A stretch of DNA of 64,000 nucleotides from Vulcanimicrobiota bacterium (GCA_963786105.1 CAWAXX010000009.1:25957-89956), one strand, 5' to 3'. Shown: positions 19,283 through 29,298, counted from the first letter of the stretch. Made by a program: numbers and translations. The notes: a model not told the origin generated them from the sequence alone.

Positions 19283-19302
19283 CGTTTCGCCAAGACGGCG
19301 GG

Positions 19303-20193
19303 ATGCCGAAGACCGAACGCTGGCAGTGGTACGTCGAAGAATCGGCGCCATCCGAACAGCACCATCATGCCATCGATCGCGTCTTTTTTGAGGGGCGGTC
19401 CGACTTTCAACAGGTGGCCGTCGTGAGCACGCCGGTTTTCGGAAAGATGCTCATTCTCGACGGCGACACGCAAAGCGCCGCCGGCGACGAGAAAATCTAT
19501 CACGAAACCCTGGTGCATCCGGCCATGGCAGCGGCCGCCGATCGGGGCGACGTGCTCGTCCTAGGCGGCGGTGAGGGAGCGACGCTGCGCGAGGTATTGC
19601 GCTCGCCCGACGTTCGCCGTTGCACGATGGTGGACATCGACGGTTTGGTGGTCGATCTCGCGAAGCGCTACTTGCCGGAGTGGTCCGACGGGGCGTTCGA
19701 GGATCCGCGTACACGGCTGATCGTCGGCGACGCACTGCAGTTCATGCGCGACGATCGCGAGCGGTACGGCGTCATCGTGTCGGATCTTACCGAGCCGCTC
19801 GAAGACTCGCCCAGCAACGCTCTTTTTAACGAAGGGGTCTTCGAGCTCATCAAATCGCGCCTCGCCGAAGGCGGAGTGTACGTCCTGCAGGCCAGCACGG
19901 CTTCGTTTCACAATGTGTCGCTGCACTGCAAGATGGCGCGCACGTTGCGCCGCCACTACGCCCACGTCACGTCGTTCTTCACGTACGTGCCGGCCTTCGA
20001 TACCGACTGGGCGTTTCTCGCGTGCAGCGATCGCGTCGATCCGGCGACGCTCGAAGCCTCAACCATCGATGCCTATTGTGCCGCCCTTCGCGGTGAGAGC
20101 TTCTTTTACGACGCGGTGACGCACCGCCGTCTCTTCTCGTTGCCGCTGTATCTGCGCCGTGCGCTGGCCGGCGCTGGCGATACGTTTCAATGA
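19303..20193 (+). CDS. speE: Polyamine aminopropyltransferase (spermidine synthase family)
   Basis: LILDGDTQS, YHETLVHP, LGGGEGATLRE, MVDID, DLTEP. Confidence 0.92.
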   Translation: MPKTERWQWYVEESAPSEQHHHAIDRVFFEGRSDFQQVAVVSTPVFGKMLILDGDTQSAAGDEKIYHETLVHPAMAAAADRGDVLVLGGGEGATLREVLRSPDVRRCTMVDIDGLVVDLAKRYLPEWSDGAFEDPRTRLIVGDALQFMRDDRERYGVIVSDLTEPLEDSPSNALFNEGVFELIKSRLAEGGVYVLQASTASFHNVSLHCKMARTLRRHYAHVTSFFTYVPAFDTDWAFLACSDRVDPATLEASTIDAYCAALRGESFFYDAVTHRRLFSLPLYLRRALAGAGDTFQ

Positions 20194-21011
20194 ACCAGCG
20201 CTACGCGGGCAGGACCGTCGTGGTAACCGGCGGCGGCACGGGCCTCGGGCGGGCGATGGCGCAATCGTTCGGACGCGAAGGCGCCCACGTGTGCGTGATT
20301 GGCCGCCGCCATGCGAAGCTCGACGAGACGGTGGCGTCGATTCAGGCGAACGGCGGCAACGCCTTTGCGAGCGTCGCCGACGTGCGCGACGCGCCAAACG
20401 TGCAAGCGGTTATGAACGGCGTGGTCGAGCGCACCGGCCGGATCGACGTGCTAATCAACAACGCCGCCGGTAACTTCATCTGCCCGTCCGAGGAACTCTC
20501 GCCCAACGGTTTCAAGAGCGTCGTGGATATCGTGCTGTTGGGAACGTTCAACTGCACGCGATTCGCCTTCGAGGCGCTGCGGGCGGCGAAAGGTTCGATC
20601 GTCAACATCGTGGCTGCCTACGCGTGGAGCGGCGAACCGGGTGCAGTGCACTCGGCGTCCGCGAAGGCCGGCGTGCTGGCCATGACGCGAACGCTGGCGG
20701 CGGAATGGGGGCGCTTCGGTATTCGCGCCAATGCAATCTCGCCGGGTCCGATTCACACCGAAGGCACCGACGCGAATCTCTGGAGCGTCGGCAACGTCGA
20801 GGGGGAGGTTCGCAAGAGCGTGCCGCTCGGCCGGCTCGGGGAGCCCGACGACGTCGCGCGCGCGGCGCTATGGCTGTGCTCGGAAGAAGCCGCCTGGATC
20901 AGCGGCGCGACCCTCGCGGTAGACGGCGCGCAATGGCTGCACGGCGGCACGCTCGACTTTCGCCGGGCCTACGACGCGATCGCGGCGGCGGCCGGTCGCG
21001 AACCGGGATAG
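20190..21011 (+). CDS. SDR oxidoreductase (2,4-dienoyl-CoA reductase-like)
   Basis: TGGGTGLG, NNAAGNF, HSASAKAGV. Confidence 0.88.
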   Translation: MNQRYAGRTVVVTGGGTGLGRAMAQSFGREGAHVCVIGRRHAKLDETVASIQANGGNAFASVADVRDAPNVQAVMNGVVERTGRIDVLINNAAGNFICPSEELSPNGFKSVVDIVLLGTFNCTRFAFEALRAAKGSIVNIVAAYAWSGEPGAVHSASAKAGVLAMTRTLAAEWGRFGIRANAISPGPIHTEGTDANLWSVGNVEGEVRKSVPLGRLGEPDDVARAALWLCSEEAAWISGATLAVDGAQWLHGGTLDFRRAYDAIAAAAGREPG

Positions 21012-21046
21012 AAGCATCCCTCTCCGGAATCGTACAAGCTCCTGAC

Positions 21047-21496
21047 ATGGCCATCGATTATAGTCACGCGCCGCACGCCTGGGAGAAGGAGCGGGGAAAC
21101 TTCGTCCTGCTTCTGGATTTGCAGCTGGAAAAAGTCGAGCGCGGCAAGGCGTGGATGCGCATGCCGTTTCGCGCCGAGATCACCAACGGCACCGGCGCGG
21201 TGCACGGCGGCGCGATCGTCAGCTTGTGCGATACGGTATTTTACGTTGCCCTGGCTTCGATCTTCGGTCGCGAGCAAGACACGACCACGGCGTCGCTGCA
21301 ATGCAACTTCCTCGCGCCGGCGCTGCCGCCGCACGATTTGATCGCCGAGGCGCGCGTGCTCAAGGCCGGCCACCGCATCGTGTACGGCGAAGTCTACGTG
21401 CGCAGCGGTGAGAAGATCGTCGCGCACGCAACCATGAACTTCCTCAATAGCTACGCCCGCGAAAAGCCGGGCGAACCGGGTGAGAAAACGCGGTGA
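21047..21496 (+). CDS. PaaI family thioesterase
   Basis: NGTGAVHGGAIVSLCD hot-dog motif. Confidence 0.88.
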   Translation: MAIDYSHAPHAWEKERGNFVLLLDLQLEKVERGKAWMRMPFRAEITNGTGAVHGGAIVSLCDTVFYVALASIFGREQDTTTASLQCNFLAPALPPHDLIAEARVLKAGHRIVYGEVYVRSGEKIVAHATMNFLNSYAREKPGEPGEKTR

Positions 21497-22602
21497 CGAC
21501 GCCGGTACAAACGCTCAGGCGCACCGCGCTGTACGACGAGCACGTCCGGCTCGGGGCGCGTCTGGTTCCGTTTGCGGGGTTCGAGATGCCGGTACAGTAC
21601 GCCGGCATTCTCCAGGAGCACGACGCCGTACGCAACCGCGCCGGGTTGTTCGACCTGTCGCATATGGGACAGTTCGTGCTCACCGGCGATCGGGTTGCGG
21701 AGTGGGCCGACACGCTGGCAACTAACGCGGTCGCTACGATGAAGCCACAGCAGGCGCGTTACAATATCTTTTGTAACGAGCGCGGCGGCACCCACGACGA
21801 CACGATTTTCTATCGCCTCGACGGGCGTTGGCTGCTGGTCGTCAACGCATCCAATGCCGGCAAGATGTGGACGCATCTGACCGCACACCTTCCCCTAAGC
21901 GGCGTGAACCTCGAAAACCATCACGGCGCGCGCTCGCTGATCGCCATCCAAGGCCCTGCATCGGTGGCAATGCTGCAGCCCCACGTCAACGCCGATCTGG
22001 CGTCGATGAAATACTATTTTTGCATCGAGGACGAGGTCGACGGCGTTCCTGCGGTCATCGCCCGCACGGGATACACCGGTGAGGACGGGTTCGAGTTATT
22101 CGTGGACAACCACCGGGCGGCGGGCGTTTGGAACGCGCTTCTCCGGCGGCACGCCGGTGAGGGGCTCGTGCCGTGCGGTTTGGGCGCACGCGACGTGCTG
22201 CGCCTGGAAGCCGGTATGCCGCTTTACGGACACGAGCTGACCGAAGAGATCACGCCGGTACAAGCCGGACAGACGTGGGCGCTCAAGTTGAGCAAGCCGC
22301 AGTTCATCGGGCGCGACGCGCTCGCCGCCCAGGTGGAAGCCGACGACTTTCCTCGCATCGCCGGACTGGTGATGGAAGGGCGCGCGCCGGCCCGGGAAGG
22401 CTACGCGGTTTTTCTCGGCGGGCGCGCCGTCGGAGAAATCCGCAGCGGCTCGCCGGCGCCGTCGGTGGGCAACAAAAACGTGGCTACCGCGTTGATCGCG
22501 CGCGACGCCGCAGCCATCGGCACGACGCTGGAGGTCGAGATTCGCGGTGCGCGGCACGCCGCCAAGGTCGTGCCGCTTCCATTCTACAAACGCCAACGCT
22601 AA
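21493..22602 (+). CDS. gcvT: Glycine cleavage system aminomethyltransferase T
   Basis: FAGFEMPVQY, FDLSHMG, RTGYTGEDGFE, RLEAGMPLYG. Confidence 0.97.
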   Translation: MTTPVQTLRRTALYDEHVRLGARLVPFAGFEMPVQYAGILQEHDAVRNRAGLFDLSHMGQFVLTGDRVAEWADTLATNAVATMKPQQARYNIFCNERGGTHDDTIFYRLDGRWLLVVNASNAGKMWTHLTAHLPLSGVNLENHHGARSLIAIQGPASVAMLQPHVNADLASMKYYFCIEDEVDGVPAVIARTGYTGEDGFELFVDNHRAAGVWNALLRRHAGEGLVPCGLGARDVLRLEAGMPLYGHELTEEITPVQAGQTWALKLSKPQFIGRDALAAQVEADDFPRIAGLVMEGRAPAREGYAVFLGGRAVGEIRSGSPAPSVGNKNVATALIARDAAAIGTTLEVEIRGARHAAKVVPLPFYKRQR

Positions 22603-22625
22603 CGCACAAACGGAGACGGTCAACT

Positions 22626-23006
22626 GTGGCGCAGCCCGAAAACCTGCTGTACAGCAAAGAACACGAATGGGTGAAGATCGACGGGGACACCGCCACGATC
22701 GGCATCACCGATTACGCGCAGAATTCGCTCGGCGATATCGTCTACGTCGAGCTGCCGAGAGTCGGCGTGACGCTGCAGCAGTTCGGCAACGCGGGAGTCA
22801 TCGAGTCTGTGAAGGCGGTTTCCGACTTGTACGCTCCGATCTCGGGTGAAGTGGTCGAAGTCAACGGCCGGCTCGACAAGGATCCAGCGGAAGTCAATAA
22901 GGCGCCCTACGCCGGAGGCTGGCTCTTCAAGGTGCGCGTCTCCGATCCGGGCGAGACTGCCGGCCTTCTCAACGCCGCCGACTACGAGAAGTTCGCGGCG
23001 CTGTAG
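22626..23006 (+). CDS. gcvH: Glycine cleavage system H protein
   Basis: YSKEHEW, GITDYAQ..LGD, ESVKAVSD lipoyl-Lys. Confidence 0.97.
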   Translation: MAQPENLLYSKEHEWVKIDGDTATIGITDYAQNSLGDIVYVELPRVGVTLQQFGNAGVIESVKAVSDLYAPISGEVVEVNGRLDKDPAEVNKAPYAGGWLFKVRVSDPGETAGLLNAADYEKFAAL

Positions 23007-23014
23007 TTACCGGC

Positions 23015-24376
23015 GTGTATACTCCCCACACGGAGCGCGACGTCGCGCAGATGCTGAATGCCGTCGGCGTGAGTTCGCTCGAAGAGTTGCTTCGCGTGCC
23101 CGACGAGCTCGCGTTGAAGGAAGCCATCGACGTCGTTCCGGCGCTGCCCGAATATTCGATTGCCCGGCGTTTTGACGATCTCGCCAAGAAGAACGCCGGT
23201 GCGAGCTTTCGCTCGTTCCTCGGCGCGGGTGCGTACAGCCACTACGTGCCGCCGGCGATCGGGGCGCTGGCCATGCGCGGCGAGTTTCTCACCGCCTATA
23301 CGCCGTATCAAGCCGAAGTTTCGCAAGGGTATCTTCAGGCGATTTACGAGTGGCAAACCTACATCTGTCTGTTGACCGGGATGGATATCGCCAACGCCTC
23401 GGTTTACGATGGCGCGACGGCGCTGGCCGAAGGGGCGATCATGACGCTCAACGCGACTGGCCGCCGAAGGATTCTCGTGTCGCGCGCCGTTCATCCCAAC
23501 TACCGGGCGGTCCTGAACACGTATTGCGACGGGCTCGATGTCGAGATCGACGAGATCGCCTATACGGCCGAGGGCGTCACCGACCCCGAGGCCGTGCGTC
23601 AGGCCGTTGCTGGAAAGGACTACGCGGCGGTAGTAGTGCAGTCGCCGAACTTTTTCGGCAGCATCGACGTGCTGCCCGGCGACGCGATCGACGCGATTAA
23701 CGACAGCGAAACGATCGCGATCGCGGTAGTGGCCGAGGCGCTCGCGCTGGCCGCATTGGCGACGCCCGCATCGTCGGGCGCGCAGATCGTCGTCGGCGAA
23801 GCGCAGAGCTTCGGCGTTCCGGTTGCCTACGGCGGCCCGTACGCGGGTTTTATCGCGTCGACGCAAGAGCACCTGCGGCGCATTCCCGGACGTTTGGTCG
23901 GCAAGAGCGTCGACAATGCCGGCCGCACGGCGTACGTGCTGACGCTGCAAGCGCGCGAGCAGCACATTCGACGCGAGCGCGCGACCTCGAACATTTGTAC
24001 CAATCAAGCCCACTGTGCCCTGATCGCAACGATCTATCTCGCGCTCATGGGCAAGACGGGCTTGCGCGATGCGGCCGCGCTCAACTTCGAACGCTCGCGA
24101 CAACTGGCGACGGCAGTGTCGGAGGTCGAAGGCGTCGATCTCAAGTTTGCTACGCCGTTCTTCAACGAGTTCGTCGTCGACGTGCACGAAGACGCCGCCG
24201 GCGTTCTGGCGGCGCTGGAAGAACGCGGCATCCTCGGCGGTCTCGCTCTCGGTCGTTTCTATCCCGAACTTACCACCTGCGTGTTGATGACGGCTACCGA
24301 GCTCACGACCACGGCCGACATCGACGCGCTGGCGTCCGCTCTCGCGGAGGTGAACCGTGTCCGCACCGCCGTTTGA
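23015..24376 (+). CDS. gcvPA: Glycine dehydrogenase subunit 1
   Basis: TAYTPYQAEVSQG, NASVYDGA, REQHIRRERATSNICTNQ. Confidence 0.97.
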   Translation: MYTPHTERDVAQMLNAVGVSSLEELLRVPDELALKEAIDVVPALPEYSIARRFDDLAKKNAGASFRSFLGAGAYSHYVPPAIGALAMRGEFLTAYTPYQAEVSQGYLQAIYEWQTYICLLTGMDIANASVYDGATALAEGAIMTLNATGRRRILVSRAVHPNYRAVLNTYCDGLDVEIDEIAYTAEGVTDPEAVRQAVAGKDYAAVVVQSPNFFGSIDVLPGDAIDAINDSETIAIAVVAEALALAALATPASSGAQIVVGEAQSFGVPVAYGGPYAGFIASTQEHLRRIPGRLVGKSVDNAGRTAYVLTLQAREQHIRRERATSNICTNQAHCALIATIYLALMGKTGLRDAAALNFERSRQLATAVSEVEGVDLKFATPFFNEFVVDVHEDAAGVLAALEERGILGGLALGRFYPELTTCVLMTATELTTTADIDALASALAEVNRVRTAV

Positions 24377-25859
24377 TCGCACGGCGTCGCCGTTGATTTT
24401 CGACCACGGTCAAGAAGGGCGTGCCAACCGGTATCTCGATGAAGGGAAGCCGCTTGATCGATTCGTTCCGGCAACGCTGCTGCGCGACGAACTGCCGCTT
24501 CCGGACAACAGCGAGCTCGACGTCGTGCGTCACTACACTCGACTCTCGCAGCGCACGTTCGGCATCGATCTGGGGTTCTATCCGCTCGGCTCGTGCACGA
24601 TGAAATACAATCCGCGCATCAACGACGCGATGGCGGGGAAGCCCGAGTTTGCCGGCTTGCATCCGTTCGTGCCCGACGCGCTCGCGCAGGGCGCGTTGCA
24701 AGTGATGTACGAGTTGGAGCGCAGCTTGAGTTCGCTGTTCGGCATGGCCGCGTTTTCGCTCAACCCCGCCGCCGGCGCGCATGCCGAGCTTGGGGCGTTG
24801 TTGATCGCCAAGCGGTATTTCAAAGAACGCGGCGAGACGCAGCGCGACAAGGTCATCGTTCCCGACACCGCGCACGGCACCAATCCGGCGTCGGCGGCGA
24901 TGTGCGGGTTCAAGGTTATTTCGCTGCCTAGCGACGAGCGAGGACGCGTGAGCCTAGACGAGCTCCGCAAAGTGCTGGGTCCGGACACGGCCGTCTGCAT
25001 GATGACCAACCCCAACACGCTTGGCCTGTTTGAAGATCGGGTCGCCGACATCACCGCTACCGTGCACGCTGCCGGCGGCCTCATGTACTACGACGGCGCG
25101 AACGCCAACGCGCTGATGGGTAACGCGCGCCCGGGCGACATGGGGTTCGACTTGATGCATCTCAACACGCACAAGACGTTCACCATTCCGCACGGCGGCG
25201 GCGGTGCAGGCCACGGTCCGCTCGGCGTCGCCAAGCATCTGGTAGAGTACTTACCGACGCCGGTCGTCGTTGCCGTGCCGAATGCGGACGCGAAGAGCGG
25301 CACGCTGCCGAGCGATCGGCTATCCTTCAGACTCGATTTCGACCGGCCGAAGTCGATCGGCCCGATGCGTTCGTTCTGGTCGAACTTCGCGCACGCCGTG
25401 CGAGCGCTAGCCTACATTTACGCAAACGGCGCCGACGGTTTGAAGCGCGTGTCGCAGCTGGCCGTGCTCAATGCCAATTACTTGCGCGTCAAAATCGCCG
25501 AGTTCTTGGAAACGCCGTACCCGGAGATTTGCCGTCACGAGTTCGTCGTATCCGCGCAAAGCCTGAAGAAGAAAACCGGCGTGCGTGCGCTCGATATCGC
25601 CAAAGCGCTGCTCGACCGCGGTTTCATGGCGCCGACGATGTACTTTCCGCTGATCGTTCCCGAGTGTTTGATGATCGAGCCCACCGAAACAGAGTCGAAA
25701 GAGACGCTCGATTCGTTCGTTGAGGCGCTGCACGACATCGTCGCGACGGCGACGTCGAATCCGGCGGAGTTGTTCGAGGCGCCGGTTACGACGGTCGTCG
25801 GACGCGTCGACGAAACGCGGGCGGCGCGTCATCCCGACCTTCGCTGGAAGCCCGCCTAG
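24357..25859 (+). CDS. gcvPB: Glycine dehydrogenase subunit 2
   Basis: YPLGSCTMKYNP, HLNTHKTF..PHGGGG, IEPTETESKETLD. Confidence 0.97.
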   Translation: MSAPPFDRTASPLIFDHGQEGRANRYLDEGKPLDRFVPATLLRDELPLPDNSELDVVRHYTRLSQRTFGIDLGFYPLGSCTMKYNPRINDAMAGKPEFAGLHPFVPDALAQGALQVMYELERSLSSLFGMAAFSLNPAAGAHAELGALLIAKRYFKERGETQRDKVIVPDTAHGTNPASAAMCGFKVISLPSDERGRVSLDELRKVLGPDTAVCMMTNPNTLGLFEDRVADITATVHAAGGLMYYDGANANALMGNARPGDMGFDLMHLNTHKTFTIPHGGGGAGHGPLGVAKHLVEYLPTPVVVAVPNADAKSGTLPSDRLSFRLDFDRPKSIGPMRSFWSNFAHAVRALAYIYANGADGLKRVSQLAVLNANYLRVKIAEFLETPYPEICRHEFVVSAQSLKKKTGVRALDIAKALLDRGFMAPTMYFPLIVPECLMIEPTETESKETLDSFVEALHDIVATATSNPAELFEAPVTTVVGRVDETRAARHPDLRWKPA

Positions 25860-25941
25860 CGAAGCTCGGTCGCCGGAAGGAGCCCCGTTCGCCTTCCCAT
25901 AAAAGTGACTTGCGTCAACTTTTATTGAGGGAGAGGGTCGC

Positions 25942-26496
25942 TTGCTTCAAGATCTGGTTGCCGACCTGCGCCGCGTCCCGCCGCTGGAGCGGGCCACGCG
26001 GGACATGGGCCGGATGCTCGCCACGGTAGCGGCGGGGCCGCCGCCAGTGCCCCGGCTTCCGAGTAAGGCGGGGTCGTACACCCGGACCTGCGCCTACTCG
26101 GACGACCGCTTCGAAGTGCTGCTACTGGATTGGTCGCCGGAGGCGGCATCCGAAATTCACGACCACGGCGGCCAACACTGCTGGTTCGTCGTTCTGCAGG
26201 GTCGCTTGCGGGTTGACGATTTCGGCCGCATCGATGCCGGCGACGTACCCGGTGAAGCCATGCTCGAAGCGCGCGGTTCGCGGGAGCTTCGCACGGGCGA
26301 TCTCGATTTACGATCCGGCCGGTACGACATTCACCGCGTCGTTGCGGGTGCCGAGCGCGCCCTCACCTTGCACGTGTACTCGCGTCCGTTGCACGCATAT
26401 CTCGTGTACGATCCGCGTACGCAGCGATGCGAACCGGCGCACGGAACCTACGATCGCATACTCGCGCTCGGCTTCGAGCGTCTCTCAACGCGATGA
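25942..26496 (+). CDS. Cysteine dioxygenase family protein
   Basis: YTR, IHDH....C, HRV, LHVYS motifs of thiol dioxygenases. Confidence 0.88.
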   Translation: MLQDLVADLRRVPPLERATRDMGRMLATVAAGPPPVPRLPSKAGSYTRTCAYSDDRFEVLLLDWSPEAASEIHDHGGQHCWFVVLQGRLRVDDFGRIDAGDVPGEAMLEARGSRELRTGDLDLRSGRYDIHRVVAGAERALTLHVYSRPLHAYLVYDPRTQRCEPAHGTYDRILALGFERLSTR

Positions 26497-27914
26497 TTCG
26501 ATGCGACGTCGCCGTCATCGGCGGGGGATTTAGCGGCTCGCTGGTTTGCGCTCAACTCGATCGGCGCGGGCCGCCCGACCTATCGGTTTGTTTGTTTGAA
26601 GACGGCGAGGCGGGACGCGGAGCCGCCTACGGCGCGCGCCACCGGGAGCTGCTGCTGAACACGCGTGCCCGGGCGATGTCGGCGTTCCCCGACGATACGA
26701 ATCACTTCGTGCGCTGGCTCGGTTCGCGCGCGGCACCCGATGATTTCGTTTCTCGCCGGTTGTACGGCAAGTACGTCGCGGAAATCGCCCGAGCGGCATT
26801 CGAGCGAGCGCGATTTTTAACCGTGAACGATCGAGTCCGCGCAATGGAGCGCGACGGCCGAGCATTCGCCTTAACGACGGCTTCAGGAACGCGGTTTTTG
26901 GCAAGGGCCGTCGTCCTGGCAACCGGCAACGCGCTGCCGGACGACGACTTTTTACCGCGGGCATTGGTCCGGAATCCGGGATACGTCGGGGACCCCTGGC
27001 GCTTCAATTATGGCCTCGTCGGCGGCCACGTATTACTCGTCGGCTCGGGCCTAACCGCGCTCGATGCTTTGGTCGCACTCGAGGCTTGCGGACACCGCGG
27101 TTCGGTGCACGTCGTTTCCCGGCACGGTCGTTTCCCCGAAGTTCACAGCGAGCGTTTGATACCGCTCGACGTCGTGCCGATGCTCGATGCAAGCGACGCG
27201 CGCTCGCTCCTGCGCAGCTTTCGCCGGCAACTGCTTGAAGCAGACCGGCGCGGCTTCGATTGGCGCGCCGTCGTCGACGCGGTTCGACCGGAAGCTGAAG
27301 CGCTCTGGAAACTCTTGAGCGCGCGCGAACGGCGCCAATTCGATCGGCATCTGCGCGCGCACTGGGAGCGTCATCGCCATCGCGCGCCGCAGCAAGTCGA
27401 CGCCGTACGCGAGCGCTATCGTACACGAGGTCGCCTCTTCGTTCACGCGGGCCGGGTGGCTAGTCTCCGGACCGGCCTGGTGCGAATCGCTGCGGCGCGC
27501 GGCGAGCCGGTGACGCTGCGACCCGATTGGATCGTCAACTGCACCGGTCCCGGTCGTAGACGGCTATTCAAAGACGCGTTGTTCGCGGGCGCGCTGCAAA
27601 ACGGTCTCCTCGCTCGGGAGCCGCTGGGCTTAGGAATTCGCGTCGACGCCGACCACGCAGCGATCGCCGCCAACGGCGCACCGGTGCGCGGGCTCTGGGT
27701 AGCCGGGCCGCTTGCCCGCGGCTCGCGGTTTGAGGCGACGGCCGTTCCCGAGCTCCGAGTGATGGCGCAAACCGTTGCGACCAACGCCCTCGAAACGCTC
27801 GCGCAAGACGTCCCTGGGGGGACGGCCGCGCAGCGCTACTTCTATATGGCGATGCCGGTGGGGGACCTGAGCCATATGTTTGCAGCGCTGCCGGCCCTCG
27901 GTTTCCGGTCCTAA
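26493..27914 (+). CDS. FAD/NAD(P)-binding protein
   Basis: VIGGGFSG, GRGAAY..LLN, LATG, GSGLTALD, VNCTG, EATAVPELR. Confidence 0.88.
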   Translation: MIRCDVAVIGGGFSGSLVCAQLDRRGPPDLSVCLFEDGEAGRGAAYGARHRELLLNTRARAMSAFPDDTNHFVRWLGSRAAPDDFVSRRLYGKYVAEIARAAFERARFLTVNDRVRAMERDGRAFALTTASGTRFLARAVVLATGNALPDDDFLPRALVRNPGYVGDPWRFNYGLVGGHVLLVGSGLTALDALVALEACGHRGSVHVVSRHGRFPEVHSERLIPLDVVPMLDASDARSLLRSFRRQLLEADRRGFDWRAVVDAVRPEAEALWKLLSARERRQFDRHLRAHWERHRHRAPQQVDAVRERYRTRGRLFVHAGRVASLRTGLVRIAAARGEPVTLRPDWIVNCTGPGRRRLFKDALFAGALQNGLLAREPLGLGIRVDADHAAIAANGAPVRGLWVAGPLARGSRFEATAVPELRVMAQTVATNALETLAQDVPGGTAAQRYFYMAMPVGDLSHMFAALPALGFRS

Positions 27915-28027
27915 AAAGGGCGATCCTCCCGGCAGGCGCCTCTTGGGCTTGGAGGCTATAATCAAGGTAATGAGGGGGGCTCGACGGCAGCCCCCTTACC
28001 CGTCCCCCAAGAGGTTGCTGAAGCGAC

Positions 28028-28510
28028 ATGCGGATCAAGTACGAGGTGTCGGCCGGCGGATTACTGTTGCGTCCGCGCGACTCGACGTACGATGCTTTGC
28101 TGATCGGTCGCGGTACGCCGCCGCGCATTTGGACGCTGCCGAAAGGACACGTCGAAGCGCGCGAGTCGAACGAGCAAGCGGCGCTTCGCGAAGTCCGCGA
28201 AGAGACCGGGTGCTGGGGCGAAATCGTCGCCCGGCTCAACGAGATCTCGTATTGGTTTTACGTGGGGAAGACCAAGCATCGCAAAGCGGTCACTTTCTAC
28301 TTGATGCGCTACCTTTCGGGCGATCCCGCCAATCACGACCACGAAGTCGACGACGCGCGCTGGTTCGACATGATGCTCACGCGCAAGACGCTCAAGTACG
28401 TCAACGAAAAGCGCTTGGTCGATTTGGCCCTGGAGTTTCTCGCCGCTAATCCCGCCGCGCTTGGCGAGCCGCCGCTGGTAGCCCGGACCGCCGAGCAAAA
28501 ATCGTCTTGA
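28028..28510 (+). CDS. NUDIX hydrolase
   Basis: LPKGHVEARESNEQAALREVREETG Nudix box. Confidence 0.92.
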   Translation: MRIKYEVSAGGLLLRPRDSTYDALLIGRGTPPRIWTLPKGHVEARESNEQAALREVREETGCWGEIVARLNEISYWFYVGKTKHRKAVTFYLMRYLSGDPANHDHEVDDARWFDMMLTRKTLKYVNEKRLVDLALEFLAANPAALGEPPLVARTAEQKSS

Positions 28511-29298
28511 CCGCCGTCCCCCGGAGCGGCGAGCTAACGGAGAGTTCGCCCGACCAGGGGAGCTGTCGCGTGCAGCTCGACGTCTTCGACGGTCCGCTCG
28601 ATTTGCTGCTGAGCCTAATTAAGGAACAACAGCTCGACATCGCTACCGTCGCATTGGCCACCGTGGCGGAGCAGTATCTTGCGTACGTGCGAGCGATGCA
28701 GGCACTCGATGTCGAGGTCGCGGCGGAGTATCTGGTCATTGCAGCGACGCTGGTGTTCCTGAAGTCCCGAGCGTTGTTGCCGCCGATTCCCGACGAGTTC
28801 GTCGGCGACGAGTCCGAGACGCCGGAGCAAGTCGAAGAACGCCTGCGCCGCCGCCTCATCGCGTATTCGAAATATCGTGAACTGGGCGAGCGCCTGCGCG
28901 TGCACCAGTTCGAGGCTGCGGGCTACTTCTATCGCGAAGCCGGCGATCCGAGCAGCCAGGTCGTCCAACGATACGCCATCGATCCCGAGAAGCTCAAACA
29001 TGCGTTCATCGTCATGTTGTCGCAGGCGCGCCCGGAGAAGCGATCCATCGCGCGGGAGCGGGTGTCGCTGATCGCCTCGATGGACTACATCACGCGCCGC
29101 GTCAAGGAGTTCGGCGAGGTGACGTTCTCGGGACTCTGCCACGAACTGGGGATGACGCGCGAAGTCGTGATCGTGACGTTTCTCGCGATTTTGGAACTCA
29201 TCCGGCGCCACCGTATCGCGTTTGCGCAGCCCGCGGCCTTCGACGACATCCGTCTGTTCGCGATCCGCGCGGACGCGTCGGAACGAGTCGCGCGATGA
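28507..29298 (+). CDS. scpA: Segregation/condensation protein A
   Basis: FDGPLDLLL, AAEYLVIAATL..KSRALLP, VTFLAILEL. Confidence 0.95.
   Translation: MTAVPRSGELTESSPDQGSCRVQLDVFDGPLDLLLSLIKEQQLDIATVALATVAEQYLAYVRAMQALDVEVAAEYLVIAATLVFLKSRALLPPIPDEFVGDESETPEQVEERLRRRLIAYSKYRELGERLRVHQFEAAGYFYREAGDPSSQVVQRYAIDPEKLKHAFIVMLSQARPEKRSIARERVSLIASMDYITRRVKEFGEVTFSGLCHELGMTREVVIVTFLAILELIRRHRIAFAQPAAFDDIRLFAIRADASERVAR

Noticed and set aside
21012..21492. Glycine riboswitch ahead of gcvT
   Set aside because: gcvT overlaps the thioesterase gene and no GGAGA..CCGAAG..CUCAGG pattern is visible.
27810..28027. Separate peptide or fluoride riboswitch in the flavoprotein tail, and the hairpin ahead of the NUDIX gene
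   Set aside because: GGCGATG is not followed by the fluoride consensus; one GC hairpin after a TATAAT box is too little to call.
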